Origin: Lepidodermella squamata
Lineage: Eukaryota; Animalia; Gastrotricha
Direction: 5' to 3'
Assembly: GCA_047495785.1 (NCBI GenBank)
Contig: JBLDXI010000085.1
Location: forward strand, 124,001-188,000
DNA: 64,000 nucleotides
The position numbers were made by a program, and so were the translations under genes. Within the stretch, counting starts at the first letter, position 1. Every line of letters begins with the position of its first letter. Below, in pieces: positions 48,401 to 58,517 of this stretch. Under the pieces are notes generated by a model. That model searched no databases. It saw only the letters and a list, made by a program, of their open reading frames with translations, and had not been told where the DNA came from.

Positions 48401-50000
48401 AACGTTACTACGTCGTCCAGGGGTGGAGCATGCTTGAAATGGTCCGACAGGGCAACTGTGTACGATTTGGGACTGCCAATGGGTGATGTGGCCGCGTCGG
48501 CAAATGCCTGCCGTGCCTATTTCACCAACGACGATGACCTTGTATGCTTCGTCGGCAAAAACGTTTATGACGATTGTCCTCTAGTTGAAAAGTGCCCAAC
48601 AAGTAAGTAACGTGCTTAATTGAAAAGGGCCGATAAATAATTTAAGCGGAATTTTTCAACTTTTTCCATTTGAACTCTAGCTTTTTGTCCCAATCCGTGT
48701 CAAAACGGGGGAACTTGTGTTGGCGTAGAAATTTGCAGCTGCCAAGCTGGTTGGACCGGATCAACCTGCTCAGCTCGTGAGTTCTGTAGTTTCCAAGAAG
48801 TTTGACTGAGACTTCCTTATTGTAACAGGAATCCCACCAAAATATGAAAGATGCTTCCTGAAGAGCACTGGCGATTTATCTATATGCCGATTGGCACCTC
48901 CGCTGTCACTGGGCTGCCATGAGTTTGAGTACCCGGTAAGGCTAACCAATCATATTAATTCCAGGGTTATTACCTAATTCAAGGGCGGTCGAACTTTTCC
49001 AAGCTACCAATCTTGCGAGAGAGGGGTAAGTGAATGCAAACTTCTTCAAATATGATGATGCTCGGTTGATAAAATAGCCTGTGAGCTACTGCTTTTCACC
49101 CGCAACTGCCGACTTCAATTGTCGCTTTGGTGAATGCAACGTCGGCGAGAAACGGGTAAATCAATATTTTATACCTAAATTCCTGAATTAATTTGATTGA
49201 TTTCAGATCAAAATCTTCTCCAGCTCCCGATTTTTCGCAGGCGAGAATTTAGTGGCATGCCGTAATCTGGCTTCACATGTAACATAGTTCCCATTCTTTT
49301 AAACTCAGCGAACCCTTTTTTATCACCAGATGAAATACTATCGGTGGTCCAGCTCAAACTTCACGAAAATCGCCTGCCGACCAACAAGTGGCTATAAGAC
49401 TAGAGAGGTTAATTCGGATTCGATCATCAATGTTCTATGTCATTGTTCACGTTTCTCTTGCAGGTCCTAAGCGGCGTTTACCCAGATCGGGCAAGTTGCC
49501 TCGCAAGTAAGGATATAGATTTTCGCAGATCCGAATGACGTTTCATTTTCAGACACAATCGCCGAACAGCCCGTGGTTCGCTGCTACAAGAATTCGAATG
49601 GTAAATTCCAGACCTGTCGACCAGATTGCCTCAATGACGAATTCCAGGTAACAAATGCTTCCATAATTTTTTGAAAATAAATATATTTTCATTATGATTC
49701 CAGAATGGCCCGAAATATTTTTTCAAAAATCTAGCTGTTTGTCTGAAAGGGGTTTGGACTTTCGCGGTAATTTGTTACAATTGCAAATGATTTTCTGATA
49801 TTTCAGGGTGCCAGGCTGTGTAAGCGTAATCGCAAGCAAAATTATTGCACAGGAACGAACAGATCATGCAAGAAACAGGTATTCTTTACTTATCTTTCTA
49901 ATTTACTGAAGTTGGTCGTATTTTCATTATACAGATCCGAATTTTCGGCACATCTGACCTATTCGCCGATAATCTGGCAGCGTGCCAAGCAACCAGCTAA
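42463..50000 (+). CDS. Astacin (M12A) metalloprotease: signal, short propeptide, catalytic domain, EGF, CUB, kringle-like, EGF, five 4-Cys modules
   Basis: Spliced HEIGHALGM|EHEQSRTDRD, Met-turn YDSVMHY, CWSYIG, CQNGGY..CLCPEGLGGDFCE, CGG..ITSPGYPN..CNWWI, ECR..GRDYEG..CLKWS..NACR, CPNPCQNGGTC; ends ..ADNLAACQATS* at 50000. Confidence 0.9.
43300..43400 (-). mobile_element. tRNA-derived SINE head, copy 1 (astacin intron)
   Basis: Reverse strand GTAGATGGCTTAGTGG (A box) ... GATTCAAATCC (B box); no proper cloverleaf. Confidence 0.55.
44027..44110 (+). mobile_element. tRNA-derived SINE head, copy 2, internally deleted and inverted relative to copy 1; followed by (ATTAA)n to ~44180
   Basis: gtagatggcttagtggtgagagagg..gagaacgatggttcaaatccctcagccttc. 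Confidence 0.55.
45413..45833. mobile_element. hAT-type MITE (421 bp) in astacin intron
   Basis: 27-bp TIR CATGTGACGTAGATAGGACGCCGCACT; perfect 8-bp TSD ACTATTGG at 45405-45412 and 45834-45841. Confidence 0.9.
47184..47338. mobile_element. Short MITE with ~28-bp TIR
   Basis: catgagacgtaccaggacgccgaggctt / aagcctcggcgtcctggcacgtctcatg. Confidence 0.65.
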
Positions 50001-50239
50001 TGAACCTTCTATTAGCTATTAACTAGAACAGCCAGCCTAATTTAATTGTGATTAATGACTTATTAATGATTTGCGAACCACGTTATTTAGTTGATCAATA
50101 AACCGATAGAACCCTGGCATATTGTTACGCCCATCGATATTCATATTCTATAGAGATTCACGTATATTTACTTGAGGGGAGCTATGACCTTCATTTACAG
50201 GCGAAACCGATTAGCGATGTGAGTCTCCAGAATATACAT

Positions 50240-50572
50240 TTCGTCTCGAGGGGCGTTATCGTCTCGAGAAATGGCGCCCGCGATTCCGGCTGGAAGGTTT
50301 GGTACGACATACCGAATTACATTGTCCTAGCCACTCGCAATAACATGGCGTTTGTTATTTACAAAAATGCGATCTACAACCCAGATGTGGTTAATGAGTC
50401 ACAGGAGGAAGAGGATTTCAGCCACGAGGAAGAGCATGATGATGAGGAGGTCAAGTTGCCGGTTGTAGCCCGCAGCAGTTGATGAGCGATGCTGAGGCGA
50501 AACGGTGGCATCTCGACCGGTTTGCTGGCTGTTCGTGGTCGCGAGGTGTTTCATCTTATAATAATCGTTGAA
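50240..50572 (+). pseudogene. 5'-truncated duplicate of the secreted LC8-like gene
   Basis: Near-identical to ~39730-40048; lacks the 5' half; premature TGA at 50480-50482; junction has duplicated tcgtctcgag. Confidence 0.85.
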
Positions 50573-50921
50573 TAATGAATAAAAAATGATTTTTTTGATA
50601 GCAGAATTTTGAATCAACTTCATTGCTTTACTTCAACAGTGGGCTATTAAAGAAAAAGTGTATTGAATTATTGATATAACCACAGTGTCCCCCTCGGCCA
50701 GGCCGGACGAAAAATTGAAAATTTAGCTTGCTGTTTCGTCACATTTGAGAGATTTTTCAGGATAAATTCTCCAAAATTTCCTCGCTTCGCTCGTTGTTTG
50801 AAATCACAAAAAAAACCCAGCTCCCAGCTAAAAATACAAAGGCGATTTCCACACTAAGCTTGCCGCGACGAATTTAACGGTATCCAACAAGGTTTTAGCT
50901 CAACTGATGATGTGACCGAAA

Positions 50922-51143
50922 TTAGAGCACCCGGTTCCCCAATTCCGGCCAGGAATCTAAGTGACTTCAAAATTAGCCATAAATCAAGGTAAAATCGTCC
51001 GGACTTGCGGGAACCGGCACTCGATAGCCCAAGAACTCATCTACAATCCTGTATTTGCCGAATATTTTCTAAAAATTCAACCGGCTGGCAAAGTGGCAAA
51101 GGAAAAACACGAAAAGTGTCCGAATTTAGGGCGGGATGCTCTA
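50922..51143. mobile_element. Non-autonomous element with TAGAGCA(C/T)CC termini; related to the sequence at ~333-391
   Basis: tagagcacccgg ... gcgggatgctcta; the 3' end is shared with 333-391. Confidence 0.5.
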
Positions 51144-53406
51144 ATAATAATAATCTCATTTTTTTTAAATTGACCTCGCCTAGACCACCGGTCCGATTTA
51201 GATCGGTCCGTTTACGAACCCGTTCACTGTTTTCATCACGGAAAAAAAGAAAATATTCCAGATGATTCTGGCGGTACATGCGTCCAAAAAACAAAAAGCT
51301 ATTTCGAGCTATTCGACTTACGACTTACTCGAAAACAACCGTAACGTACCATTTCTGTCTAGTCGGACTCTATTAATAGCTTCACCATGTTGTTTTCCTA
51401 TAAGCATGCCATGATTCTGCGTGATCACTTTTTTATTTCATTCATTCATTTTATTTATTTTATTTGAAAAAATGAAGCAGTTAGTTGCTGTTACACTACT
51501 TCTCAGTTTCGTAGCCTTATCCCGTGGAATTGTAAGTGGCTTCTATTTTTATCAACTCTTCACCATCTAAAAGCATATGCTTTCAAGGACCCGGAGCTTG
51601 AAGATGTTCTCTGGCAATTGAACGATGCGATTTTTGCAAATCATGGTCTTCCACCGGTAAATTTCCGAGAAATATCGCCATTATGTGTAATGCCCATTGT
51701 TTTCTAGGCTGACCGCAGTGTCCCACTGAAGCTATGCGGCGTTCCAGATATGGATACCGCGCAAGCCAAACTGAGGCGACAACTGGCAATCGCTGATGAC
51801 GAGCCATTTGTGGCCGGAGTGAATTTGGCTGCCAATCTCTGGGAATTTCCTATCAAATACAAACTCAGCGAAGCATACAGTTAGTTGAACGGTTATCCAA
51901 TTTTCTCGCTCCTATCAGTCTAATTATTCTCAACATATTTTGTCCCATGATATAATCCATAGCGAAAGGAACGGCCAGAGTTACCACTCAAGCTAAAAGG
52001 CCATTCCTTTCTCTATGATTATTTACACCAGAACAAAAATCACCCAAATTTATCTACCAAAAGCATGAATTTAGTTTCGGTATCTGAATTCGTTTCAGTA
52101 GATCTGCATTTTTGTAGATGAATTAAGGTAATTTTGGGCATGATTCAGATAAATGTTTAAAATCGGCGAATCAGAATACTTACAGGGCCCTAATTAAGGG
52201 GATACCACAAGGTAAAAGAACCACCCTAATTAGGGTGATTTTTTTCTGTGTAGTGAGTAAGAACAAGTACCCGGTAGGCCTAACTCGTTATAACACTGAT
52301 TAAATAATAACAATTGTTCGTTCAAGGGCACTCGAACGTTTCCAAGTTATCAATCTTGCGAGAGGGGCGTAAGTAATTGGCAACTGATTCAAATATGAGA
52401 ATATTCTGCTAATTTAACAGGCTGTGAGCTACTGCTATTCCCCTGGAGCGGCTGATTTTACTTGCCGCCTTGGAGACTGCAAAAGCAACGAAAAACGGGT
52501 AAAATCAAATCTACCTTTTTATGAATATCTGAAATATTTCGATTGATTCCAGATCAAAATCTTTTCCAGCTCTCGCTTTTTCGCCGCTGAGAATCTGATG
52601 GAATGCCGTAATCTGGCTTCACTGGTAACATAGTTCTCCGTGTCATTTGAACACATCGAGGCTATTGATCCCTCCAGATGAAATACTATCGTTGTCGCAA
52701 CTCAACGAATACATCGAATATCGCTTGCCGACCGACTAAAGGCTGTGCGACTGGAGAGGTTAACTTTAATATTCCACCATGTTTCTTGTTCTTATTAATA
52801 TTTTTACAGCTCTAAAGTGGCGTTTACTCGAATCAGGCTAGATGCCTAAAAAGTGAGGACTATCTTTGCATTCCAAGCTTACAAATGGTAATTTTGTTTC
52901 CAGGTACGTCCGCTGATCAGCCTGTAGTTCGTTGCTACAAGAAAATGAATGGTGGCTTCGTAACATGCCGCCCCGTTTGCCAAAATGACGAATTCGAGGT
53001 GGGATTGCGTCGTTAATTTTCCGAAAGAGCATGTAATTTAATTTTGATTTCAGAATGGCCCGACGTATTTCTTCAAAAATCTGGCTGTTTGCATACATTT
53101 CTTTCCTTTCTCTGAAATTCATGATATATTTCAGGGTGCAAGGCTGTGCAAGCGTAATCGTCTGCAGAAATACTGCATTGGCTCGAATATATCCTGTAAA
53201 AAACAGGTAAAAATAGCAATCTCTCTCTATTATAAGCTATATATGTTAACTTTGCCTGTGACAGATCAAGATTTTCGGATCATCGGACCTTTTCTGCGTA
53301 TCGATTTTCGAATTCTAAGGATTTTTAAAATTTAATACTTGTGTGGAGCGTTCTCCCACTTATTTTATTCAACGTCGTATCAACTTCAAGCACTATCGTC
53401 TTTTCA

Positions 53407-54831
53407 ATGCAAGCTGGGCGTCGACATGGCGAGCATCGACGGGTGTCCTCGAATCCAGGACAAGGTCAAAAAGAAAATGACCTGACCCAGGACGAGAGCG
53501 GTCGAAAGTCCAACCCCGACAACGGCTCGAGCCAGACCGGAGTGCCCAGCAGTCAGTCGCGTGGCAGTCATTCAACAAAACCACAAAAACAACAAAATCA
53601 AAACAAGCACGACGTGAAACCAAATAAGTTCGCAGCGATTGATGGAAATGACGATATAAACTGTGGTACGTGTAAAAAACAAGTAAATATCACTGACCCG
53701 CATACTAGCTGCTTTGTTTGCGACAAAAATTTTCATGATGTATGTGCCGATGTTAAGGTATCGTACGCTAAGGCAATCGCTAAAAACAAAAATATCATAT
53801 ACTTGTGCGATGACTGTATGGACAATATTAGCGTGTGTAAAAAACCATCTCTCGCCGACACGCTTGATGATACGAATAATTGCGTCTCTAACCAAGAACT
53901 GAGTACTCACGATTTACCTACTATTATGTGGGCTGGGGTGGGCTCATTTACCGAACTCGGTCTAAAATCACGAAAAATTGCCGGTAATGGCGACTGTGTT
54001 TTTTCATCTTGTTGCGATCAAGCTTTAGGCACCGTAGCATTTTCTCAGCAACTACGCCACGAGGTACACAAGGAAATTACGGGAAACTTGGATCACTATC
54101 TAGCATTTGTTGATGATGTCAATGACGTCAGCAGAAAACGGTTCCTTCTCGAACTTGAGAAATTCGTTCGACCCGGTTACTGGCACGGGCCATTGGGTGA
54201 CTGCATTTTACCAGCGGTTGCCGCTACGCTTGGACGTAATATTATTGTACATGACTACGAGGGCCAGTTCACAGTAGTAAATTGTAACAAGAACGAATTG
54301 GTTGTTGACGCGCCTCAAATTCACGTGCTGAGGTCAAATGACCACTATGATAGCCTAAGACTTGATGACTCAGACCAACCGAATGAATTTCATTTAAACC
54401 TGATAAAGTGTGCTACTAACAAAAAGCCGTCACAAGTTCAGAAGGTTCAGAAAGCTAGCGATTTTCCGGAGGGCTTTGATCCGAAAAAGGTCGAACCATT
54501 TGGAAAGATCTGTCACGACTGTGGGGATATTCTTCCGAGGCAGCCGCCTTCTTCTTTTAGCGCATTTATGAAAAATATCGCACCTTATATAACAAGAATT
54601 ACTTCGCCTCCTACTCGTTCTTCCATTTATTCCGTCTCGACTTCTTTCAAACCGCCTAGTTACACGATAACACCATCACCTACTGTTTCAAACAAGCCGG
54701 TCGGGCATGAGCCTCAGCCAAACCCGACGATTCAATTTCCTTATTTTCTTCCCTTTCTTCCCTACTTCGCCCCCTATTTCCAACAACCTAATTTTAATTC
54801 TGTGGCGTGTAGTGAAAATTTTCGAAAATAG
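53407..54831 (+). CDS. LINE ORF1: PHD finger plus OTU-like cysteine protease domain
   Basis: C4HC3 PHD CGTC..CFVCDKNFHDVC..YLCDDC (~53662-53817). OTU motifs RKIAGNGDCVFSS..DQ, GYW.G, LGRNIIVH, NDHYDSL (~53965-54360). First ATG at 53407. Confidence 0.8.
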   Translation: MQAGRRHGEHRRVSSNPGQGQKENDLTQDESGRKSNPDNGSSQTGVPSSQSRGSHSTKPQKQQNQNKHDVKPNKFAAIDGNDDINCGTCKKQVNITDPHTSCFVCDKNFHDVCADVKVSYAKAIAKNKNIIYLCDDCMDNISVCKKPSLADTLDDTNNCVSNQELSTHDLPTIMWAGVGSFTELGLKSRKIAGNGDCVFSSCCDQALGTVAFSQQLRHEVHKEITGNLDHYLAFVDDVNDVSRKRFLLELEKFVRPGYWHGPLGDCILPAVAATLGRNIIVHDYEGQFTVVNCNKNELVVDAPQIHVLRSNDHYDSLRLDDSDQPNEFHLNLIKCATNKKPSQVQKVQKASDFPEGFDPKKVEPFGKICHDCGDILPRQPPSSFSAFMKNIAPYITRITSPPTRSSIYSVSTSFKPPSYTITPSPTVSNKPVGHEPQPNPTIQFPYFLPFLPYFAPYFQQPNFNSVACSENFRK

Positions 54832-57717
54832 GAACTGGGCGCCCCTACTTGTTCTGTTAACTTATCTCAGATTGATTTCTTCTACTGCAATGCTAATTCA
54901 ATAGAGCAAAAAAGTGATCTACTCTTATCTAGAATCTTATCGTACGAGAACGTGCCGCAAGTTGTAATTGTGGCTGAAACAGGCTTCAAGAAAGGAAAAA
55001 ATACCATTCATCAATTGACCAACTTAAATTACAATTCGTTCTGTGTTAATAGGCCTGATAACAGGCGTCTTGGTGGTTCAGGTCTGTTCATTCATAATTC
55101 TCTTAATCCTCTTAAAATCGCCGAATTTAACTATGATGGGTTCGTTGAGAGTGTGACGTGTGACTGTACGACGTCTGAATCTAAATTTCGCATCGTTGCG
55201 GTTTATTTCTCTCCAAATTCGCCTAGTAATGCTATGTCTCCATTTTGCAATTATCTCGAAAAAATGATCGATACAAAAATCGATTGTTTACTTGTTGGCG
55301 ATTTTAATCTCCCTGGGTTTGACTGGAAAACGTATACCAATCGTAAAAACCTAAAATATAAAGGCTTTGCTGAGTTTATGTTAACAAATAACTTGAAGCA
55401 ATTGGTTACGGGTATCACGAGACCTAAAAGTAAAAATCTCTTGGATCTTATTATTACGCGACATTCCGAATTAGTCTCGAATATCAAAATCGAAGAACCG
55501 CTAGCCGTAAAATGTGACCATTGTGTTCTCACTTTTAAAATCAATCAATCTTTCTCGTTTAGCAATCCTATCAACTCTATCAAATCAAAATTTAGCTTCT
55601 ACAAGGGTGACTACGCCAGTTTCTCTGCATTTATTTCTTCCTTCGAATGGGAAACATTATTTCGCGGCTTTTCTACCGTGGATTTATGCTATTCTTTCGT
55701 CATCTCCGTTCTTTATTCGGGTATAAAATATTTTATTCCAATTAAAACAGTTTTCAAATCGCCTCGCAGAGTGCCCTGGGAAACTTCAGAACTGCGACGG
55801 CTCTACAACCGTAAACAGCGCATGTTCAATAACTACAAAAAATCCGGCTATAAAAATAGTGAGTATGGTAAATTTAGAGTCGCAGCCTGTCTTCACGATC
55901 AGCTTTTTGCTAAACTGAAGCAGAGGTTCGAGGAGGATCTCATTAAATCTAAATCCATAGCCAAACTATTTGAATATATGAATAATCGGTTCAAATCACG
56001 TGACTCAGTGCCGCCTTTAAAATCGAATGAAGAGACATTTTCCGATAATTCGAAAAAAGCGGAAATCTTAAAAAACTCATTTTCTCTTTCCTATAATTCT
56101 AAATCGTATGATACAAAACAGCAATTTTCTAAAATTAGCGACTGTCTTCAAAATATACCTTTCACATCAGATTCTATATTACCTTTCATGCTTAGAATAA
56201 AGGAGAAGGCTTCGGGTGGCCCTGATAATTTACCGGCCATACTCATTCGTAAACTAGCTCATGTCCTATCCTTTCCTATATCTATAATTTTTTCTCGCTG
56301 CTTTATTGAAGGCCAGATCCCGTTAATATGGAAAAGGGCGAACGTTACCCCGATTTTTAAACGCAACGGTGACTCGTCCGATCCATCCAACTATAGGCCT
56401 GTTTCATTAACTTGTCTTTTTTGTAAGATTCAGGAAGCTATTGTTAAGCATCATCTTTTAAATTTCCTTTACCGCAATAAACTTATACCTTTTAATCAAT
56501 TCGGCTTCTTGTCAAGGCGCTCTAGTGAGACGCAACTTCTTTCTTGTATTATTGATTGGTTGAGAGCGTTAGACCTTGGTTTTGTTGTGGATATTATTTA
56601 TTTAGACCTATCCAAGGCATTCGACACAGTTCCTATTTCGCTTCTTCTATCTCAACTTCTTAAAATTAATATTGTTGGCTGTGTATTTACTTGGCTTAAA
56701 GAGTTTCTCTCTGATCGATATTTTCGCGTTGTGACTGGTGGGGCGTTTTCAGAATGGGCGCCAGCTCCATCGGGCGTGCCGCAGGGTTCGGTTCTGGGAC
56801 CCACGTTATTTATTATTTTCACTATATTTTCTAATGACGTCCTTACTAGTGCTATAGCCAAATATTTTGCGGATGATACGAAACTATACAAGGTGATACA
56901 CTCTATTAATGACTGTCTTTCTTTACAACATGACCTTGATAATATCACAACGTATTATAATACTAATGGGCTTTCCGTGAATCCTAAAAAGTGCGTGGTT
57001 CTTAGATTGGGCAAAAGTGCTATCGATTTTGAATACACTATAAATGGTAATAAATTGGTGCTCGAAAAAGTTGTTAAGGATCTCGGTGTATATATTGACA
57101 ACCAGCTAAATCTTTCGTATAATACTTCTCAAGTAATTGACAAATGTGCCCGAGTTACTAATGCTATATTTAAATGTTTTAAATCAAAAGAAATGCGACT
57201 GAAAGCCTTTAAAACACACGTTATACCTCTTGTTGAGTATTGTCCTGCTGTAGCTTCTCCTATTTTACTTTCCGACATAGATGACCTAGAAAGTGTGCAA
57301 ATTAATTTTACTAAAAAATTGTTATGTCCTGGCTCTTTGTTTTATACTTCTGTCGACGGTTTTAACTATGATGAACGACTGAAAAAACTTGACTTGCGAA
57401 AACTAGAGGAACGTCGTCTCATCAGGGATATTTGTCTCTGTCACAAAATGTATCAAAATACTGTTGATCTAAATTTTTATGATTTTTTTTCTATTTCTAG
57501 TCGCCGTAGAGCAGTTGCTCATGAAATTAGTTTTATACCTACAAATATTGATTCTTATAAATATTCCTTTGTTAGGCGTGTGAGGCCTCTCTGGAATTCA
57601 ATACCTACTGATTATATTAATAATTCTCATAATAACTTTAAAAACTATGTTAAACAGCTCGACCTTAATAACTATTTGACGTCAGTAGTGAGGCGCCATG
57701 ACATTTTGTACCTATGA
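54832..57717 (+). CDS. LINE ORF2: APE endonuclease plus reverse transcriptase; same frame as ORF1, open from the codon after the ORF1 TAG, no initiating ATG
   Basis: APE motifs FFYCNANSI, VIVAET, GGSGLFI, VYFSP, VGDFN, LDLII, CDH. RT motifs NYRPVSL, QFGF, YLDLSKAFDTV, GVPQGSVLGP, FADDTK, KDLGV. Confidence 0.92.
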   Translation, partial: ELGAPTCSVNLSQIDFFYCNANSIEQKSDLLLSRILSYENVPQVVIVAETGFKKGKNTIHQLTNLNYNSFCVNRPDNRRLGGSGLFIHNSLNPLKIAEFNYDGFVESVTCDCTTSESKFRIVAVYFSPNSPSNAMSPFCNYLEKMIDTKIDCLLVGDFNLPGFDWKTYTNRKNLKYKGFAEFMLTNNLKQLVTGITRPKSKNLLDLIITRHSELVSNIKIEEPLAVKCDHCVLTFKINQSFSFSNPINSIKSKFSFYKGDYASFSAFISSFEWETLFRGFSTVDLCYSFVISVLYSGIKYFIPIKTVFKSPRRVPWETSELRRLYNRKQRMFNNYKKSGYKNSEYGKFRVAACLHDQLFAKLKQRFEEDLIKSKSIAKLFEYMNNRFKSRDSVPPLKSNEETFSDNSKKAEILKNSFSLSYNSKSYDTKQQFSKISDCLQNIPFTSDSILPFMLRIKEKASGGPDNLPAILIRKLAHVLSFPISIIFSRCFIEGQIPLIWKRANVTPIFKRNGDSSDPSNYRPVSLTCLFCKIQEAIVKHHLLNFLYRNKLIPFNQFGFLSRRSSETQLLSCIIDWLRALDLGFVVDIIYLDLSKAFDTVPISLLLSQLLKINIVGCVFTWLKEFLSDRYFRVVTGGAFSEWAPAPSGVPQGSVLGPTLFIIFTIFSNDVLTSAIAKYFADDTKLYKVIHSINDCLSLQHDLDNITTYYNTNGLSVNPKKCVVLRLGKSAIDFEYTINGNKLVLEKVVKDLGVYIDNQLNLSYNTSQVIDKCARVTNAIFKCFKSKEMRLKAFKTHVIPLVEYCPAVASPILLSDIDDLESVQINFTKKLLCPGSLFYTSVDGFNYDERLKKLDLRKLEERRLIRDICLCHKMYQNTVDLNFYDFFSISSRRRAVAHEISFIPTNIDSYKYSFVRRVRPLWNSIPTDYINNSHNNFKNYVKQLDLNNYLTSVVRRHDILYL

Positions 57718-58095
57718 CTGTTCACTTCGCCACTGTTGTTCGCGAACAAGAAGAAGAATAAAGAATAAAGAATAAAGAATTTTCGCCGATAATTTTGCAG
57801 CTTGCAAAGCAGCTAACATATGAAGAAGAGTTGGTTCATCAAGTGAACGCAAACAAAATAATGGGACTTGCTCATATTAATGGCTAATTAACGCTGAATG
57901 GTAAATTTGAATTACATAACTTCTAAGCTGAATCTGTTGTGCTTCGCATCTACTTCTTGCCGCAGAATTGCTATTATATTTTTCGCATAATATGTGATAT
58001 GTCGCCGAGGCCGAAGTTGCCCGAAAATCTCACGAAAAGGTTAATTTCAGCAATATAGCAACTATTATTCCAGATCTTACACGAAAAAGGCCAAC

Positions 58096-58167
58096 TGGAG
58101 GCATCGGGGATTGAACCCGAGACCTTCACAATGCGAATGAGACGCTCTACCACTGAGCTATGCCCCC
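58096..58167 (-). tRNA. tRNA-Ala(CGC)
   Basis: GGGGGCATAGCTCAGTGGTAGAGCGTCTCATTCGCATTGTGAAGGTCTCGGGTTCAATCCCCGATGCCTCCA; G3:U70 pair; one T-T mismatch in the anticodon stem. Confidence 0.85.
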
Positions 58168-58247
58168 TAGGCTTGAAAGTGCATAAAAGGCTCACATGGT
58201 AACTGAAAGATTAAATTGTATTCCAGCAGCTCAAAATAACGCTTGAA

Positions 58248-58319
58248 AGGTCTCATCGAGAATCGAACTCGAGTCGCTGGATTAAGAATTCAGAATGCTA
58301 ACCGCTACACCAAGGGACC
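58248..58319 (-). tRNA. tRNA-Gln-type body with anticodon CTT (probable pseudo-tRNA)
   Basis: GGTCCCTTGGTGTAGCGGTTAGCATTCTGAATTCTTAATCCAGCGACTCGAGTTCGATTCTCGATGAGACCT; two acceptor-stem mismatches and one anticodon-stem mismatch. Confidence 0.65.
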
Positions 58320-58346
58320 CTCTCGAAAGCTGATTTCGAAATGATC

Positions 58347-58429
58347 AACGTCAGCCAGAAGTCGAACCCGGATCGGTTGCTTCAAGCCTGCTTGGAAGAC
58401 AACCATGCTGACTGTTACACCACTGACGA
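58347..58429 (-). tRNA. tRNA-Gly(TCC)-derived gene with an 11-nt insert after the anticodon (probable pseudo-tRNA)
   Basis: TCGTCAGTGGTGTAACAGTCAGCATGGTTGTCTTCCA[AGCAGGCTTGA]AGCAACCGATCCGGGTTCGACTTCTGGCTGACG; D-loop GG lost; 1:72 mismatch. Confidence 0.6.
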
Positions 58430-58517
58430 ATGATGAGTGTGAGAACTGTTCTAGTGGCTAAAACTAGCAGTAATTGAGTTTCTGCAAATACGTTCTCTGC
58501 CAGCAGTATACTTATTT

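Larger units (their letters stand above)
53295..57779 (+). mobile_element. Full-length CR1/L2-group non-LTR retrotransposon (LINE)
   Basis: Inserted in a host exon (compare 49935-50000) with TSD TTTTC (53290-53294 / 57780-57784). 3' tail of (AAGAATA)n. ORF1 plus APE-RT ORF2. Confidence 0.92.
51472..57833 (+). pseudogene. Astacin paralog 2: catalytic-to-EGF region deleted, in-frame TAA at ~52813, last exon split by the LINE
   Basis: Exons 1-3 (MKQLVAVTLLLSF..KLCGVPD..WEFPIKY) match 42463-42870, then the gene jumps to the 4-Cys-module exons (52260-53290). The terminal exon IKIFGSSDL/FADNFAACKAANI* resumes after 57780. Confidence 0.85.

Noticed and set aside
51472-53290. Functional protease-less 'propeptide + modules' decoy via a 20-nt in-frame micro-exon at 52254-52273
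   Set aside because: The frame can be restored, but a downstream exon has an in-frame TAA (~52813) and the last exon is split by the LINE.
54829-54831. Genome-wide stop-codon reassignment
   Set aside because: Host genes end normally in TAA, TAG and TGA (for example the GR-like genes end in TAG), and no suppressor tRNA is seen.
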